A stretch of 64,000 bases of DNA, taken from NCBI GenBank assembly GCA_951406725.2, contig OX597823.1:23436001-23500000 (forward strand), written 5' to 3'. The DNA is from Octopus vulgaris (taxonomy: Eukaryota). This document shows, one piece after another, positions 1-13,200 of the stretch. Below the pieces are notes generated by a model that made no database searches, was not told the origin of the DNA, and saw only the letters and a list, made by a program, of their open reading frames with translations. Position 1 is the stretch's first letter, and each line of letters begins with the position of its first letter. The position numbers and the translations under genes were made by a program.

Positions 1-1100
1 AGGGAATTGCACCACTAATGCTATATTTCTGGTAAGACAGCTGCAGGAGAAATACCTAACCAAAAATAAACCTCTGTACCTGGCTTTCATTCACATGAAG
101 AAAGCCTTTGACAGGGTCCCCCCGATCCCTTATCTAGTGGTCAATGAGGAACCTAGGGTTAAGGCAACCTGTGGAAGCTATCCTCATCCATTCTCACCAC
201 ATCACCACAGCTATCTCTCTTTCACACCACATCTGATACTTCTATGGTCCAACTTTTCTCTCAAGGTACTTAAACTCTGTCGAGTATGCACACTGACATT
301 ACACATCCAGCGGAGCATACTGGCTTCATTCCTTGCAAGCTTACGCATGTCCTCAGCAGTCACGGTCCATGTTTCACTGCCATATGGTGGTTTAGGGAAC
401 CTGTGGATGAGGTGGTGAAGCACGACTTTCAAACATTAGGCCTCAGTGAGGCAATGACTATTGACCGAAATATGCTGTGCTTGAGAAGACCAGGCAAGCT
501 AAGTGAGACCATAACCTGTGGTCTATTCCAGGGGTTTAACCAGCCCTCTTATCTGTACCTTTCCTTCATTAGACACTAAACTTTGCTTGCAAAGACCTGT
601 TGAGGTAAGTGAAATCGAAATCGAAATCAAATTTGATGACTGGCATCTGTGCTAGTGGAGCACTAAAAGCATCATCCTAGCATGATCGTTGCCAGAGCAG
701 CTGACTGGCTTCCGTGCCAGTGGCACATAAAAAGCACCATTCAAGCATGATTGTTACCAGCGTCGCCTTACTGGCACTTGTGCCAGTGACATGTGAAAAA
801 ATATTTGAGCAAGGTCATTGCCAGTGCCGCTGGACTGGCTCCTGTGCAGGTGGCATGTAAAAAACACCATTTGAGCATGGCCGCTGCCAGTACCGCCTGA
901 CTTGCCCTCGTGCTGGTGGCACGTAAAAGCACCCACTACACTCTCGGAGTGGTTGGCGTTAAGGAAGGGCATCCAGCTGTAGAAACTCTGCCAGATCAGA
1001 TTGGGGCCTGGCGCTGCCATATGGTTCGCCAGTCTTCAGTCAAATCGTCCAACCCATGCCAGCATGGAAAGCGGACATTAAACGATGATGATGATGATGT
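1..1100. mobile_element. Rearranged RTE-clade LINE remnant (RT fragment on +, inverted piece on -, 3' end with (GAT)n tail on +)
   Basis: Bases 1-170 read ..TTNAIFLVRQLQEKYLTKNKPLYLAFI.MKKAFDRVP (non-LTR RT); ORF 211-432(-) is a LINE C-terminal region (YGSETW..EASMLRWMCNVS); 3' end aaacgatgatgatgatgatg near 1100. Confidence 0.8.
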
Positions 1101-1589
1101 TTGAAGTGTATCAAAGACTAGAGAGAGGATTTGCAATCATTCTCTGATGATTATGTAATGTTAGTGTGCATGAATAGAAGAGTAAAAACGAGCAAAGGAA
1201 AAGCTATATATAATAGAATCTAATATGATGTGAAGAAAAAAAAAAACTTCTATGGTTCAGGCATATGATGCATATAGAGAATGATTGCTATATAAGAAAT
1301 TGTCAAGTGATCAAACTGAACAAAATTTGCAGAAAAGGGAGACTGAGGAAGACTCAAGACAAAACAGAGAAGACAAAAGATGATGATAATTGGTGTTATG
1401 TAGAGCTGCAGTAACCTGATGAAATGTACATTAGAAACGGCTGTGTTGAACAATGTGTGTGGGTGTATTTATATCTCTGTGCAACTTGCTTCACTCAATA
1501 AATTTCATTGTAAACCTGTTATGTTCTCATTCTCATCCTCCTCCTAACATACTTTCACCATTAGTGTCAATTTCTGTCATCAATTCCAG

Positions 1590-1760
1590 CTTATGTGCAA
1601 GTTAAATGTGGACCTCCAAAAGATGTTGCTCTTGGCAAAAAGGCCTACACTACCACCAGATACAAATCTGAGGTGACTTATACTTGTGATGATGGAAATC
1701 AATATAAGTTGACATGTGAAAAGGACAATAAATGGAGTCCCATAACATTTTCTTGCAAAG
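1590..1760 (+). CDS. Exon S1: Sushi/CCP-like domain of the Sushi-PAN repeat protein
   Basis: ttccag|CT..AAAG|gtaacg; 171 nt, phase 1-1; YVQVKCGPPKDVALGKKAYTTTRYKSEVTYTCDDGNQYKLTCEKDNKWSPITFSCK has the CxxP..YxC..C..W..C Sushi pattern. Confidence 0.9.
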
Positions 1761-2384
1761 GTAACGTAAACAGCTTTTCTCTATTTGCCTCTGTCTATGT
1801 GACTTTTTTAAAAAAGTTTAAATTATGTGTTTTTGTCAGAAGAAAGTTGACTCTTCATATATACATCTTCTTTGCCCATTTAATGCCAGAATGGGAGAGG
1901 GGAAAGAATCCTCAAGCATACCTTTCATGAGATCCTGTCAGAAGCAACTGTCTTCTGTTAGACCCCAAGACTAGCCAAGCACATGCATGTTATCCAAGCA
2001 CCTTGCTCGTGGTTTATTCCTGGGTCTCCTGCCTGTTGGTTTTGCCTGTAAAACAAGTCTTTCCCAATACAATCTTACCACATGCCCATATTATCAGAGT
2101 TGTGATCTCTTAATTTGGAGACATTGTGGCTCCACCTGGAGTGACACACCGATTTCTGAGCTACACATTCTATCGAGTAACATTACTCCTATGTCCCTTT
2201 GGTGTAACCCCATCTTGACCACTTGTATTTGTGATCATATTGCTTCAGTCATTACCCATGAGTTATGACCACAGGTAAGGAAAGGCTTAAATACCAAATT
2301 ATTCAGCATTTGCACTTACTTCTCTTCTGATGATGATGGAATGTTGAAACTGGCACATTACTGCCCCAGCTCCTGTAATTCTTT

Positions 2385-2855
2385 CACATGCATCACAACC
2401 ACATGTGTATGACATAGTGACCTCCTATCATAAAAAAAAAAATGCATAATCTTACATGTGGAACCCAGTTAGAACTTTTTTCAGATTGACTGGCTCATCC
2501 TACTCAAAAGGTCCCTAAATAAGGTTTGTTTAAGGATGATGAACAAAACACCCATGTTTCCAGAGGCAAATTATTCAAACCCCAAAGAATTTCTTTTGAA
2601 ACATGGTTATGAAATTCCTCACAACTCCTGTTCATGGTCAGAAAAGCACATATCATCAGCCACTGAAGGACATACTCAACTGAATAAGGTCAAGCAACTG
2701 ACAAGCAAATCTGTAGTATTGAGTAGAATATTTGCAATAGCCCACCTTTTACACCAAGACAAAGCATATACATGTTAACACTTCCAATCAGTTAAGATCA
2801 GAAGCCATGAGAGCCACTGCTTGTTACTGTATCATGGCATTATTATTATTATTAC

Positions 2856-2927
<72 letters not shown>

Positions 2928-3350
2928 CATCATTTTCGTTATCGAGTGAGAGAGTAATTCATGCCATCAAGGTGATACTGGGGCACAAATATATGAAGCC
3001 CTATATACTCATCATGACTACCCATCTGATAAGGGTACATCAGGCATATGCATCACCACCACATGTGTGCAACATGGTGGTCTCATATCAAGATAACCAG
3101 TACATGACCTTGCAGTTAGAGCCCAGTTAGAATTTTTTACAGTTTGAATTGTCTTTCCCACTCAAAAGGTCACTGAACAAGGGTTGTTTAATGATGTTAA
3201 ATGAAACACCCTCTCAACACATGGCTATGATGCTTCCCCTCGACCTTTGCTCATGATCAGAGATGCACACATCTTCAGTCACTAAGAGTTAAGGTCAAGC
3301 AACTGACAAGCAAACCTGTAATATGGAGCAGAATATTTGCTGTAGACCAT
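2385..3350. mobile_element. Two copies (partial) of a ~560-bp interspersed element associated with (TTA)n tracts
   Basis: Same sequence (gagtgagagagcagtgcatgccatcaaagtg...aagatcagaagccatgagagccactgc) recurs at ~4935-5460, ~14020-14545 and ~14590-15150, flanked by TTA repeats. Confidence 0.8.
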
Positions 3351-3352
3351 TT

Positions 3353-4082
3353 ATTACCTCCGTCTTAGTGAAGGCAGAGGTATTGTTCTCAGTTTGTTTG
3401 TTTGTTCATGTTTGTTTGTCCGTGGACAATATATCTCAAGAACCACTGGATGGATTTGAATGAAAATTTCAGGGATGTTTAGCCTCATGACTGGCACAAA
3501 CTGATTAGATTTTGGGACCAATCCAGCACCATACAAGGATTCTAGATTATTTTTCATATTTTCTTTACATGTATATGTAGTTTCACATAATTCTCTTGTA
3601 CACACACACACACATGCAAACATACCTATTTTTACACACACTTCACACTTTAAACACTTTTTATTGGTTTTTTCACTCCTTCCTTTGTTATTCATACAAC
3701 ACTCTCTTTGCCATTTATCTCCTCTATTTTCACCTCTCACTCTGGCTCTATTTTATATATTTATGTATATATATATATGTGTGTGTATAAATATATATAG
3801 AAATATATAAAAAGACAATGCTCATTATTATATTAGGAGATTATACATACATTTTAAAACTTTACAGTATACTTACCTATATACATAATTCTATACATTG
3901 ATCTAAAACAACAGGGTTACTAAAGGAAGACCAGAATTTAAGAGAAGAGAAAACCAAAAGGTCTCATGATATTCATTGAATGGTTTTATTTCATATATTC
4001 TCATTTAAAAAATCATCTCCAGTTAATTGTCGAGAGGACGTTGATGTTGCATTGCCAGAGGTTTGCACTCTCTGAGTGCACT
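3353..4082 (+). mobile_element. Helentron-associated non-autonomous element (HINE/DINE-like), interrupted
   Basis: 5' ttacctccgtcttagtgaaggcagaggt and 3' ttgccagaggtttgcactctctgagtgca (subterminal repeat plus terminal hairpin); uninterrupted copy at 45845-46203. Confidence 0.6.
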
Positions 4083-4193
4083 TGTTATCATTATTATTAT
4101 TACTATTATTATTATCTTTTTTTTTTCTTCTTCTTTCAAATTTGCTTCCATTTCTTGCTGAGTGTCTTCCCAACTCCTAGGGCAAAGAAACTC

Positions 4194-4250
<57 letters not shown>

Positions 4251-4399
4251 GAATTTTTCTTTTTCTGCTGATTTTGTTTCCATTTCTTCCTCAGTACCTT
4301 ACTGGTATCTAGGGTAAAGAAACTTACTCTATATATTGAAAGGCCATTAAATAAACACAACAGATTTGTCATTTACAAAATCAAATAAAGTTAAGTAGA

Positions 4400-4900
4400 G
4401 AAAAAAGATATTTGCATGGAAGGTTATCACAGAACATTGCCCTTCTCAGTATGAGTGATGTACTGTTTAAAACAATAATTGCTCTTTCTGCAGGGATGGT
4501 AAGCCAGGGATTATTCTCAAATAATATTCAGTTTCTTTTTTGATCATTCCTAGTGCTTTTACAATCACTGGTATTTTAATTGCCTTGAGATGTCACATTT
4601 TTCTATTCCAATGAGTAAAGTTTATATTTCATGAGTTCGTCAAACTCTTTGCCACAATATAATGATCACAAGGGATACTCAAGTCAATAAACAGACTTTA
4701 TTATTTTGGTCTTTTACAACAATGTCCTGTTTATTAGCTTTGATGGTTCAGTCTGTGTATAAAGGAAAATCACCAAAGAGCATAACATATTCTCCCTCAG
4801 TTGTGTTTACAGCATTTGTCAACAGTTTTGAATTATAATGTTGACATATTAACTAGTGTAGATATTGGAAGACTCTATCATATCTTGATTTATACTCTAT
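4400..4900 (-). mobile_element. R4/Dong-like non-LTR retrotransposon, restriction-like endonuclease fragment (decayed)
   Basis: Minus strand gives a broken ..TIKANK.DIVV..CLLID..IP.D....IPVIV.ALGMIKK motif, homologous to ORF 15303-15539. Confidence 0.65.
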
Positions 4901-4934
4901 TTGTGTTAAAACTTTACCTTATTGTTATTATTAT

Positions 4935-5505
4935 TGAGTGAGAGAGCAGTGCATGCCATCAAAGTGATACTGGGGTACAAATATACAAAGTCCAATATAC
5001 CCATCATCACTACTTGTCTGACAAACATGCATCACCACCATATGTGAGTGACATGATGATCTCATATCAAGATAAACAGCACATGACTTTGCAGGTGGGT
5101 CCTAGCTAGAATTTTCTTCAGATTAAGTGGGCCATCCCACTTAAAGGGTCCCTGAATAAGGGTTATTTAATGATGTTGAATGAAACACCCATATTTCCAG
5201 AGGTGAATTATTCAAACTCCAAAGAATTCCTCTCAACACATGGCTATGATGCTCCTCCACTACTTCTGCACACATCATCAGCCACTAAGGGACACGCTCA
5301 ACTGGTTAAGGTCAAACAACTGACAATCAAATCTGTGGTATTGAGCAGAATATTTGCTGTAGCCCATGTTTTATACCAAGACAAAACATGCACATGATAA
5401 CACTTCCAATCAGTTAAGATCAGAAGCCATGAGAGCCAGCATGTGGTACTGAATCAGGTCATTTATTATTATTATCATTATTATTATCATTATTATTATT
5501 ATTTA

Positions 5506-5588
<83 letters not shown>

Positions 5589-5590
5589 TC
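4935..5590. mobile_element. ~560-bp TTA-associated element plus long (TTA)n microsatellite
   Basis: Near-full copy of the repeat described above, followed by about 130 bp of (TTA)n. Confidence 0.8.
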
Positions 5591-5789
5591 TCTTTATCAC
5601 AAGTTTTGTTGCAGCTCCTGGAGTTTTACATGTGTTGTGTATTATCATTATTAATACCTCTGCCTTAGCGAAAGTGGGGGCATTGTTTTCAGTTGCATTT
5701 GTTTGTTTGTTTGTTCATGGACAAGATATCTCAAGAACTGCTGGTTGGATTCAAATGAAATGTGATGAAGTTCACCTGTCATTTTATTC

Positions 5790-6130
5790 ATTCCTCCAGG
5801 GTGTTATTTTAGTAACTCACAAACATATTTGCACTCATGTATTTTGAGGAGTGAAAGTGTAGTAGATTCAGAACATTTTCTGAGAATGTGCACTTTCAGA
5901 TGTCCCTCAAAATTGCAGCTGCTTGATGTAAAATGTTTGGCAAATTCTGTCAAACTACTGCAATTGTGCCTAATGTCATACCTGTGCCTATTGAATCTTT
6001 TGTTCAATTGTTCTGTTGTACAGCCAACATAAATCAAGTTGTGTTTAGTGCATTCTGCTGCATACACCCAATGAGAATCTTTACATGTCTCACCTTTTGT
6101 ATAAATCATAACGTTTCTGTTATGATTCTT
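5790..6130 (-). mobile_element. GIY-YIG endonuclease fragment of a Penelope-like element
   Basis: ORF 5804-6109: TCKDSHWVYAAECTKHNLIYVGCT..LNKRFNRHRYDI..FAKHF has the VY..C....YVG.T...L..R...H signature. Confidence 0.75.
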
Positions 6131-6939
6131 GATGGATTTGACTCAACTCATGTTGTTGCACAATGAACAGGGCTAACTTCTTTTGCATCTGTTGCAGCAT
6201 TCAGAAACACCAGTTTTAGTTTTGTTGGAGTCAGTAGTAGAGGATAATATTTCTCTTATATTTTGTTGAGGGCTACTGAGTTATAGCTTAGACTTGTTCA
6301 ACCATCTGCTGCTCCATTTTTCTTTGCAATACACATATCATATGCTCTCTTATTACAAACCACTTGTACAACTATCTGTCACTCACATCTTCTCCTTGAC
6401 CACTTTAGTGTTGATGTCATCATAAAATACACTCTGTACACTCCACACTGTAAAGTGGTTGGTGTTTAGGAGGGCAGCCAGTCAAAGAAATCTTACTAAA
6501 TAAAACATACAAGTAGGAAAAGATGCATATTCATGGTTCAAGGGAATGCTACAAGTCTGAATGAGAGGTGACTGATATTGCATGAAGGGATCCAATTTGC
6601 ACTAGCAGCATAAAATGATGATAATAATACTAAAATATTTATATGCATCAACACACACACAAACATACAAGGTATGTATAGATACATATCTGAATATATG
6701 TATTCACTGTTTTACACATGCATATACGTATGTATATGTACATACATCCATATGTGTGTGCGTGTGTGTGCGTGCTTGTGTGCGCTTGTGTGTATGTGTG
6801 TGTGTGCATTCATATCACTGTGTAAATAGCTCAACTTGCTTCAGTCAGTACCTTTTATTGTAAATTTGTTACCTTCTCATTCTCACCTTCCTCCTAACAT
6901 ACATTCACCATTAGTGCTAATTTCTCTCATTAATTTCAG

Positions 6940-7104
6940 GTAAGGTTGACTGTAAAACTCCAAAAGATGTTGCTGGTGCAAAAAAGACCTACACTACAAC
7001 TACCTTAAAATCTGAAGTGATTTATACTTGTCCAAAAGGAACGAAGCTAAAATCAATATGTGGAGAGGACAATAAATGGAGTTCACTTGCATTTTCTTGC
7101 AAAG
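6940..7104 (+). CDS. Exon S2: Sushi/CCP-like domain
   Basis: tttcag|GT..AAAG|gtaaca; 165 nt, phase 1-1; KVDCKTPKDVAGAKKTYTTTTLKSEVIYTCPKGTKLKSICGEDNKWSSLAFSCK. Not present in the ORF track. Confidence 0.88.
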
Positions 7105-7319
7105 GTAACATAAACAGCTTTTCTCTATTTGTCTCTGTCTAGGTGACTTTTTAAAAAAAGTTTTACTTATGTGTTTTTGTCAGAAGAAAGTTTGCTCTTC
7201 ATACATACATCTTCTTTGCCCATTTAATGCTGGAAGGGGAGTGGGGGAAGAATCCTCAAGCATACCTTTCATGAGATCCTGTCAGAAGCAACTGTCTTCT
7301 GTTAGTCTCCAAGACCAGC

Positions 7320-8410
7320 CAAGCACAGGTATGTTATCCAAGCACCTTGCTCGTGGTTTATTCCTGGGTCTCCTGCCTGTTGGTTTTGCCTGTAAAACAA
7401 GTCTTTCCCAATACAATCTTACCACATGCCCATATTATCAGAGTTGTGATCTCTTAATTTGGAGACATTGTGGCTCTACCTGGAGTGACACACCGATTTC
7501 TGAGCTACACATTCTATCGAGTAACATTACTCCTATGTCCCTTTGGTGTAACCCCATCTTGACCACTTGTATTTGTGATCGTATTGCTTCAGTCATTACC
7601 CATGAGTTATGACCACAGGTAAGGATAGGCTTAAACACCAAATTATTCAGCATTTGCACTTACTTCTCTTCTGATGATGATGGAATGTTGAAACTGGCAC
7701 ATTACTGCCCCAGCTCCTGTAATTCTTGCACTAAATTGAGCCACTTTCTTTTAATTACTTGTGAAAACAATTCCTTGATACTTGAACTTCTCCTGCTTCA
7801 GCGAAACTTTATTTATATGTAGAGTACTTCGCGCAAGCTTCTTAAGAGAATTAGTGTCTTAATCTTTGCAGAACTGATTTTCTATCCTGCTGAGCAGCTC
7901 TCAGCAGGAAACCTCTCATGAGCTTGTCAGAGATCACCTTCTGATGAGTTGAGTCATTCAAATTTCAGCCAACTATTCCTATACCTACTGGTCTCAATTC
8001 CACTTTCAACTCAGTTGCACATGTTAGTCCTTTCCTCTATGGGTGAAGTTTGACATCCATAGAGATTTCAAGACAACAAGCTGTCCTTTATTCATTGTCC
8101 CATCCTCCTGAAGAACCTCCCACAATACGTCCTGAGTGATTTAGTCATATATAGCCTTTTCAAGGTCTACAAAGCAAACATACACCTCTTGACCATACTT
8201 CCATGATGTCTTGAAAATTTGTTGCAGTTTGCATATTTGGTTGTCTGTGCTGTATCCGTTGTGAAAAACCACACTGTTTGCCTGCCAGCATAGATTTGAC
8301 AATATCCTAACAACTCTTCATCAAACACTCAGCATAGATTCTAATGGGGGAGCTTCACAAGGAGATTCATCTATAATTAGTGCATTCTGCCTTGCCTCCC
8401 TTTTTGAAAA
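7320..8410 (-). mobile_element. Decayed RTE-type LINE RT region (first ~400 bp also present at ~1980-2385)
   Basis: ORF 7438-7659(-) FKPILTCGHNSWVMTEAIRSQIQ resembles the RTE C-terminus; the complement of FVDLEKAY.. lies near 8150-8180. Confidence 0.7.
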
Positions 8411-10178
8411 TTATTCATCTGAGGCTGAATTTTGTCTTCTCCAGGAACCTTGCCATATTTGAGCTTTGTAATTGCTCTTGTGACCAGTTTCTGAAAGGTT
8501 AGTCATCACTCCTAGATGCACCTCATATGTGTCAGAAGATGGACCAAATTTACAAAGTATTCTCTCCACCTCGTGAGGACACAACTCTTTTCCGAGAGAA
8601 GAAATCCAAATGAGTTTCTGAAAGCAGGCATGTGACCGAACGATCTGCTAAAATTCTTCATTTGCTGAACTTAGGTAGAGGGCCTGACCAGAAGCTATTC
8701 TGCAATCTCCCTCTAACATTGTCAAAACATGCAACGGGCTAACAACCTGCCCTGGGGAGTGTGGGAAGGACATACAACGGTTATGTACTTTGAGACACCC
8801 CAAAAGGTCCAAAGGATGGTGGGGAATAATTTGGCTGTGTCTACAATTCCATGACATTTATGACTGGAAGGAAGAAGTTATCCTCAGACCAGTGACCTCC
8901 TCAAATGCTTACAACAGAATATACTGCATTAAAGCTACCCAAGAATCAGGTAATACTGTTAAACTGGGTGATGAAGTAAGTCTATCACCTAAGAAATGGA
9001 AATATGGTAGCTTCCACATGGTTTCCATCTACCAGATTTAATTCTATTTTGCAAAGCAAATTTTTAACCCTGCAGCCAAAACCCAAAACAATACCATATT
9101 GTTTGGAAATGAATTTATTAACCCCACAACTATACCTGAGACCATCTTGGCAGTTTTCTTCTGAATATCTAACCTGACTTTCTCATCTGGCCTTTGTGTC
9201 ATTATTCGAAACACATACAATATAATGTACTAACTCCCTTACAGCAATTCTTTGAAACAGCTGTCCAATGCCCAAGTAATCTTCCAATTTGTCATGCTCA
9301 ATTACTAACGAGAATAATGGTTTCTGAATAGGACATAGATGTTGATGAGAAGGGTTTAGTTTATAACATCAAAACCAGCACTTGATTAGTACTTTATGTT
9401 GTCAACCCACACAAGTGTGAAACAAAAAGACTGACCATGGCTGGAAAATGAAAGCATCCAAATACTTACTGTAAAGTATTTCTTCTCTTGCTGTATTGAT
9501 TCTTCCATTCAACCATACTTAATTATAGAAATAATAAGAAGGATTAGTTTTACTTGCCACTAGGATATCAGACGGAGGTGATGGTACAAAGACAGGCAAA
9601 AAGCATGGTGGTTGACAGCGTTAAATGAATAATAAGAAACATTAGTATTTATGTATACAATTAAAATAAAGATGAGGATGATGATGCAATGCTCTTGAAT
9701 GTAGTGGGATCTGCATCTGGGGTGGTGGTGGGGGAAACTGAAAAAAACCCCACCATCCAAGATCACCCTAAAATCCAAGGGAAACTGTCCTCTCCAGTAA
9801 TTATTCTCTGACCTAAAGGCTTATGCACTACGGTCCCCATCTGCCTTTGCCATATTTGACACTTTCACCATCATTTCAATAATTTCACTTGACAGTATCT
9901 CACTCTCAATCCTCACCATTTACAAGTGAAAGGTGGAAACAACAATGCAGGATCCATGGAAAAAGAAAGTTTCTGTTATTTGATCTTTCAACCTTATCCA
10001 CCACACAACCATTTAACTATCATTATCTCGCAGTGGCAAACTACCTTCTCTGTCTGGTTAAAGGACAGTTGGGGCAATGAATGTTTGAACTTAATAATGC
10101 ATACTAACAGATCTGACACATTTTATCCGGCTGATATAATCTTTTGCCTGATTGAAATCACTAGCTGTTCCTCTAGAT

Positions 10179-10463
10179 CAGTGCTTCTCAAACTATCTGA
10201 TGTGTTGTACTGACAGTTTTTTTCCAATGTGCCAGGGACCAGTAATATTTCTTAGTTATATCAATTTATACTGGAAACAATATATATAATGAATATAATA
10301 AATATTGACAATTTTTTAAAATCTTATATTTATTTTGTAAACAAATAATATAATATTACATAAGCATTTTAAAATGTTTCTTTTTTGGAAACTGGCCACA
10401 TATCAGCAGTTGCTGGCCTGCAGACCAGCGCTGGTCCATGGACCACCACTTTGAGTAGCACTG
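10179..10463. mobile_element. hAT (Charlie-like) MITE
   Basis: Terminal inverted repeats cagtgcttctcaaa / tttgagtagcactg; 8-bp flanks ctctagat and cactaggt resemble a decayed NTCTAGAN target duplication. Confidence 0.75.
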
Positions 10464-10534
10464 CACTAGGTTGTCATGGCAATGGTGGTGGACATTACTT
10501 GGTTCATTGTTAATATATCTATTCAATAAATAAT

Positions 10535-10745
10535 CAAGCTGACAGAATCATCAGCATGCCAGATGAAATGCTTAGTGACATTTCATATAGCTTTATGTTT
10601 TGAGTTCAAATTCTGCTGAGTTAGACTTTGCTTTTCATTCTTTCTGGGATGATAAAATAAGTACCAATTGATCACTAGGGTCGATGGAATTAACTTGCCC
10701 CAGCCCCAAAATTTCTGGCCTTGTGTCAAAATGTGAAACCAATAT
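10535..10745 (+). mobile_element. tRNA-derived SINE with Deu/Nin-like core
   Basis: gctgacagaatc..tgagttcaaattc..gactttgcttttcattc..gataaaataagtacc; relatives at ~13330-13520, ~13580-13790, ~34068-34365 and ~54730-54860(-). Confidence 0.7.
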
Positions 10746-11653
10746 ACATATTACAGTAATAAACACTTGAATTGACTCACAGATGCTCAGGAAGGACATA
10801 GATCACAATAATCTTACAATTGTAGAAAGAAGGGTGGTCAGAGAATTTCATGGCATCACTGTTTCTGCTATGACTAGCTTCTTAAAAAATAAACATACCA
10901 TCTCATTGCAATTAATTACTGTATTTGTTGGTGTATAATACATGCTCTCTTCATTTTTAGATACTTCATAACATTACCCTCTGTCTAATGCCACTATGGA
11001 TAGGAGATCCAATGTTGTAGGATAAGGATCTGGATAAGCATGAGTACTTTATGCACAATAATCATTATTAATAATAAAATATTGAAAACAAACCAAAATA
11101 ACACACAAAGTTTTCAGAAACTTAGGAAAAATTGAACCCACATCAGCTCATTATACATCCTTCCTCAGGATACATAATCTACACCTGATATATGTACGAT
11201 GAAATGTACTAAATTTGTTTTCTTTTCCAACAAAATATACCTGTAAAGGTATATGGTTCAGTAGTTTGAGCACTGGGTTTACAATTGTGAAGTTATGAGT
11301 TCAATTCCCAGATTGGGCTATGTGGTGTGTTTTTGAGTAAGGCACTTTATAGGAAATCCTATGGTCATTCATGACTAAAGGAGATCTTTACCCTTTTGTA
11401 ACTGTAAAATAGAGGACTGTCTTATGTGCTGACAAACATGGTATATCTTTATTGTTTAGGTATATGGCCTAACACTATGACAGAAAATAATGTCTTTTCA
11501 AGGGCGTTAACTGTGTATGTAAAATAAACTGACTTAGACTGAAAATCACACTTAGAACATTTACTAACACCTACCTCAAATTTTTGGCCTTTTATCTTTA
11601 TTAAAAATTATTGTTGTTATATTTCACTGATCTAAATTTTACTTTAACTCTAG

Positions 11654-11890
11654 ATATACAGCTCAGCTTCGTGAAAGTAAAGAACGCCAGTCTGGATGTA
11701 CTTAAGAAAACATTGATAGATAGCAAAACCTTAACAGGAGAAGCCTGTGCAGCAAAATGCATGACTCTTAAAAGTTGTTTATCATTTGAAATATCAAAAA
11801 GTGGAAAATGTTATAAGTTAGAGGATACTGCAGCTTTCTCTAACCATATAAAGATAACCCCAAACAGAGATTACTACCAACGAGTAAAAC
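11654..11890 (+). CDS. Exon A1: PAN/Apple domain, type a
   Basis: ctctag|AT..AAAC|gtaatt; 237 nt, phase 1-1; IQLSFVKVKNASLDVLKKTLIDSKTLTGEACAAKCMTLKSCLSFEISKSGKCYKLEDTAAFSNHIKITPNRDYYQRVK has CxxxC-x5-CxSF..C..DYY (4-Cys PAN). Confidence 0.9.
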
Positions 11891-12419
11891 GTAATTATGC
11901 TTTGTATTTTATTATTGGTTTTGAAATTTATGATTTCATTTGCACTTCATAATATATAAACAACCATCTCTGGAAAGATATTAACAGTTTTGACATAAAC
12001 ATACTGTTAGTGCTTCCCATATGGCATTTGTTCACCTTAAACACTTTTGTGCATATTTTCAATTATTGTTTGATGTTTGAAAGATAAGTCTTATTATTTT
12101 TATTAAATTTTAATAGTAGTGGTGTCAGCAGCAGTAGTCCTAGTATAAACAACTTTATGATCATTTGTCCATGTTGGTATGGCTGAGACACTGCTATTGC
12201 ATCACAGCATCTTAACACTAGTTACTTTTCTTCATAATCTGGTATACAAAATAAGAGAAAAAGTAATGCCAATCAATGTAATTACGTACCTCCTGTATTT
12301 TGGCATGGTTACTATAGGTGAATATATCTTCCTATCACCAATCTTTATACTGCCTAAAGAGAGTACATTTTCTCATGTTATTAAAGTTAGTGAAGTTGTC
12401 TGCTGGGACTAAAAAAATC

Positions 12420-13200
12420 TTCTCTACTTAAAATATATACCTATTCAGAATGGTTCCATGGTATTGAGAAAAAATTGGTCAGAGAATTCACTTAGTTGTT
12501 TTTCAAGGATTTTGTTCTTTCCTATTGAAACGCTTCCTTCTTGAGACCTTGGTCTTAAGAGGAAATTCACTAGGTTTAATGATTTCAATATTACAATACT
12601 CATGAATACCAAGATATCATCACTACTGTAATGAATCTTGCTGGTTCCAAAAGAAAGTTGAGCTATTTCTCCCTATTTCTATGAGGACAGTTAACAAAGG
12701 TTGAAATCACAGACCTCACTTCAGTATTTATCCTAGGTGCTCTCAAGAAGTTTGAGTACATTCACAGTTCAGGATTATACAGAGACAACAGCATATCGAT
12801 CTCATCTAATATGAACATCCATGAACAGGTTTAGGAAGAACTTAACAGGAATCTCCAAGGAGTTTAATTTGAAATAAAGATTACAAATAATCTAACTACA
12901 TTCAGCTAATTGGACATTACTTTAGATTTGAAGTCAGATATCAGACAAGTATTAGCTCTACAGAAGGCCTAAAAGAAAGAGAATGGGAACTTTTATAGGA
13001 ATTTCAACTATGATTCCCAAGCTATATTAAGATAGTTATTACTTGACATTACTAAAATAATCTTGAATTTATCCTCAAATACAGACACTTTTGACTGCAT
13101 TTATTTATTATGCAACAAGGTGTTAGCTAGGATTTGCTTTAGCAAGAAAATAGTCTAAATAAAGTGTAAATACATTTACACAAGTTTCATGAACTGGCAC
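12420..13200 (+). mobile_element. Ancient Penelope-like RT fossil, repeated in the equivalent intron of other modules
   Basis: ggattatacagagacaac (GLYRD.), aggtttaggaagaacttaacaggaatc, ttggacattactttagatttg (LDITLDL); homologous blocks at ~25960-26950 and ~40830-41900. Confidence 0.6.
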
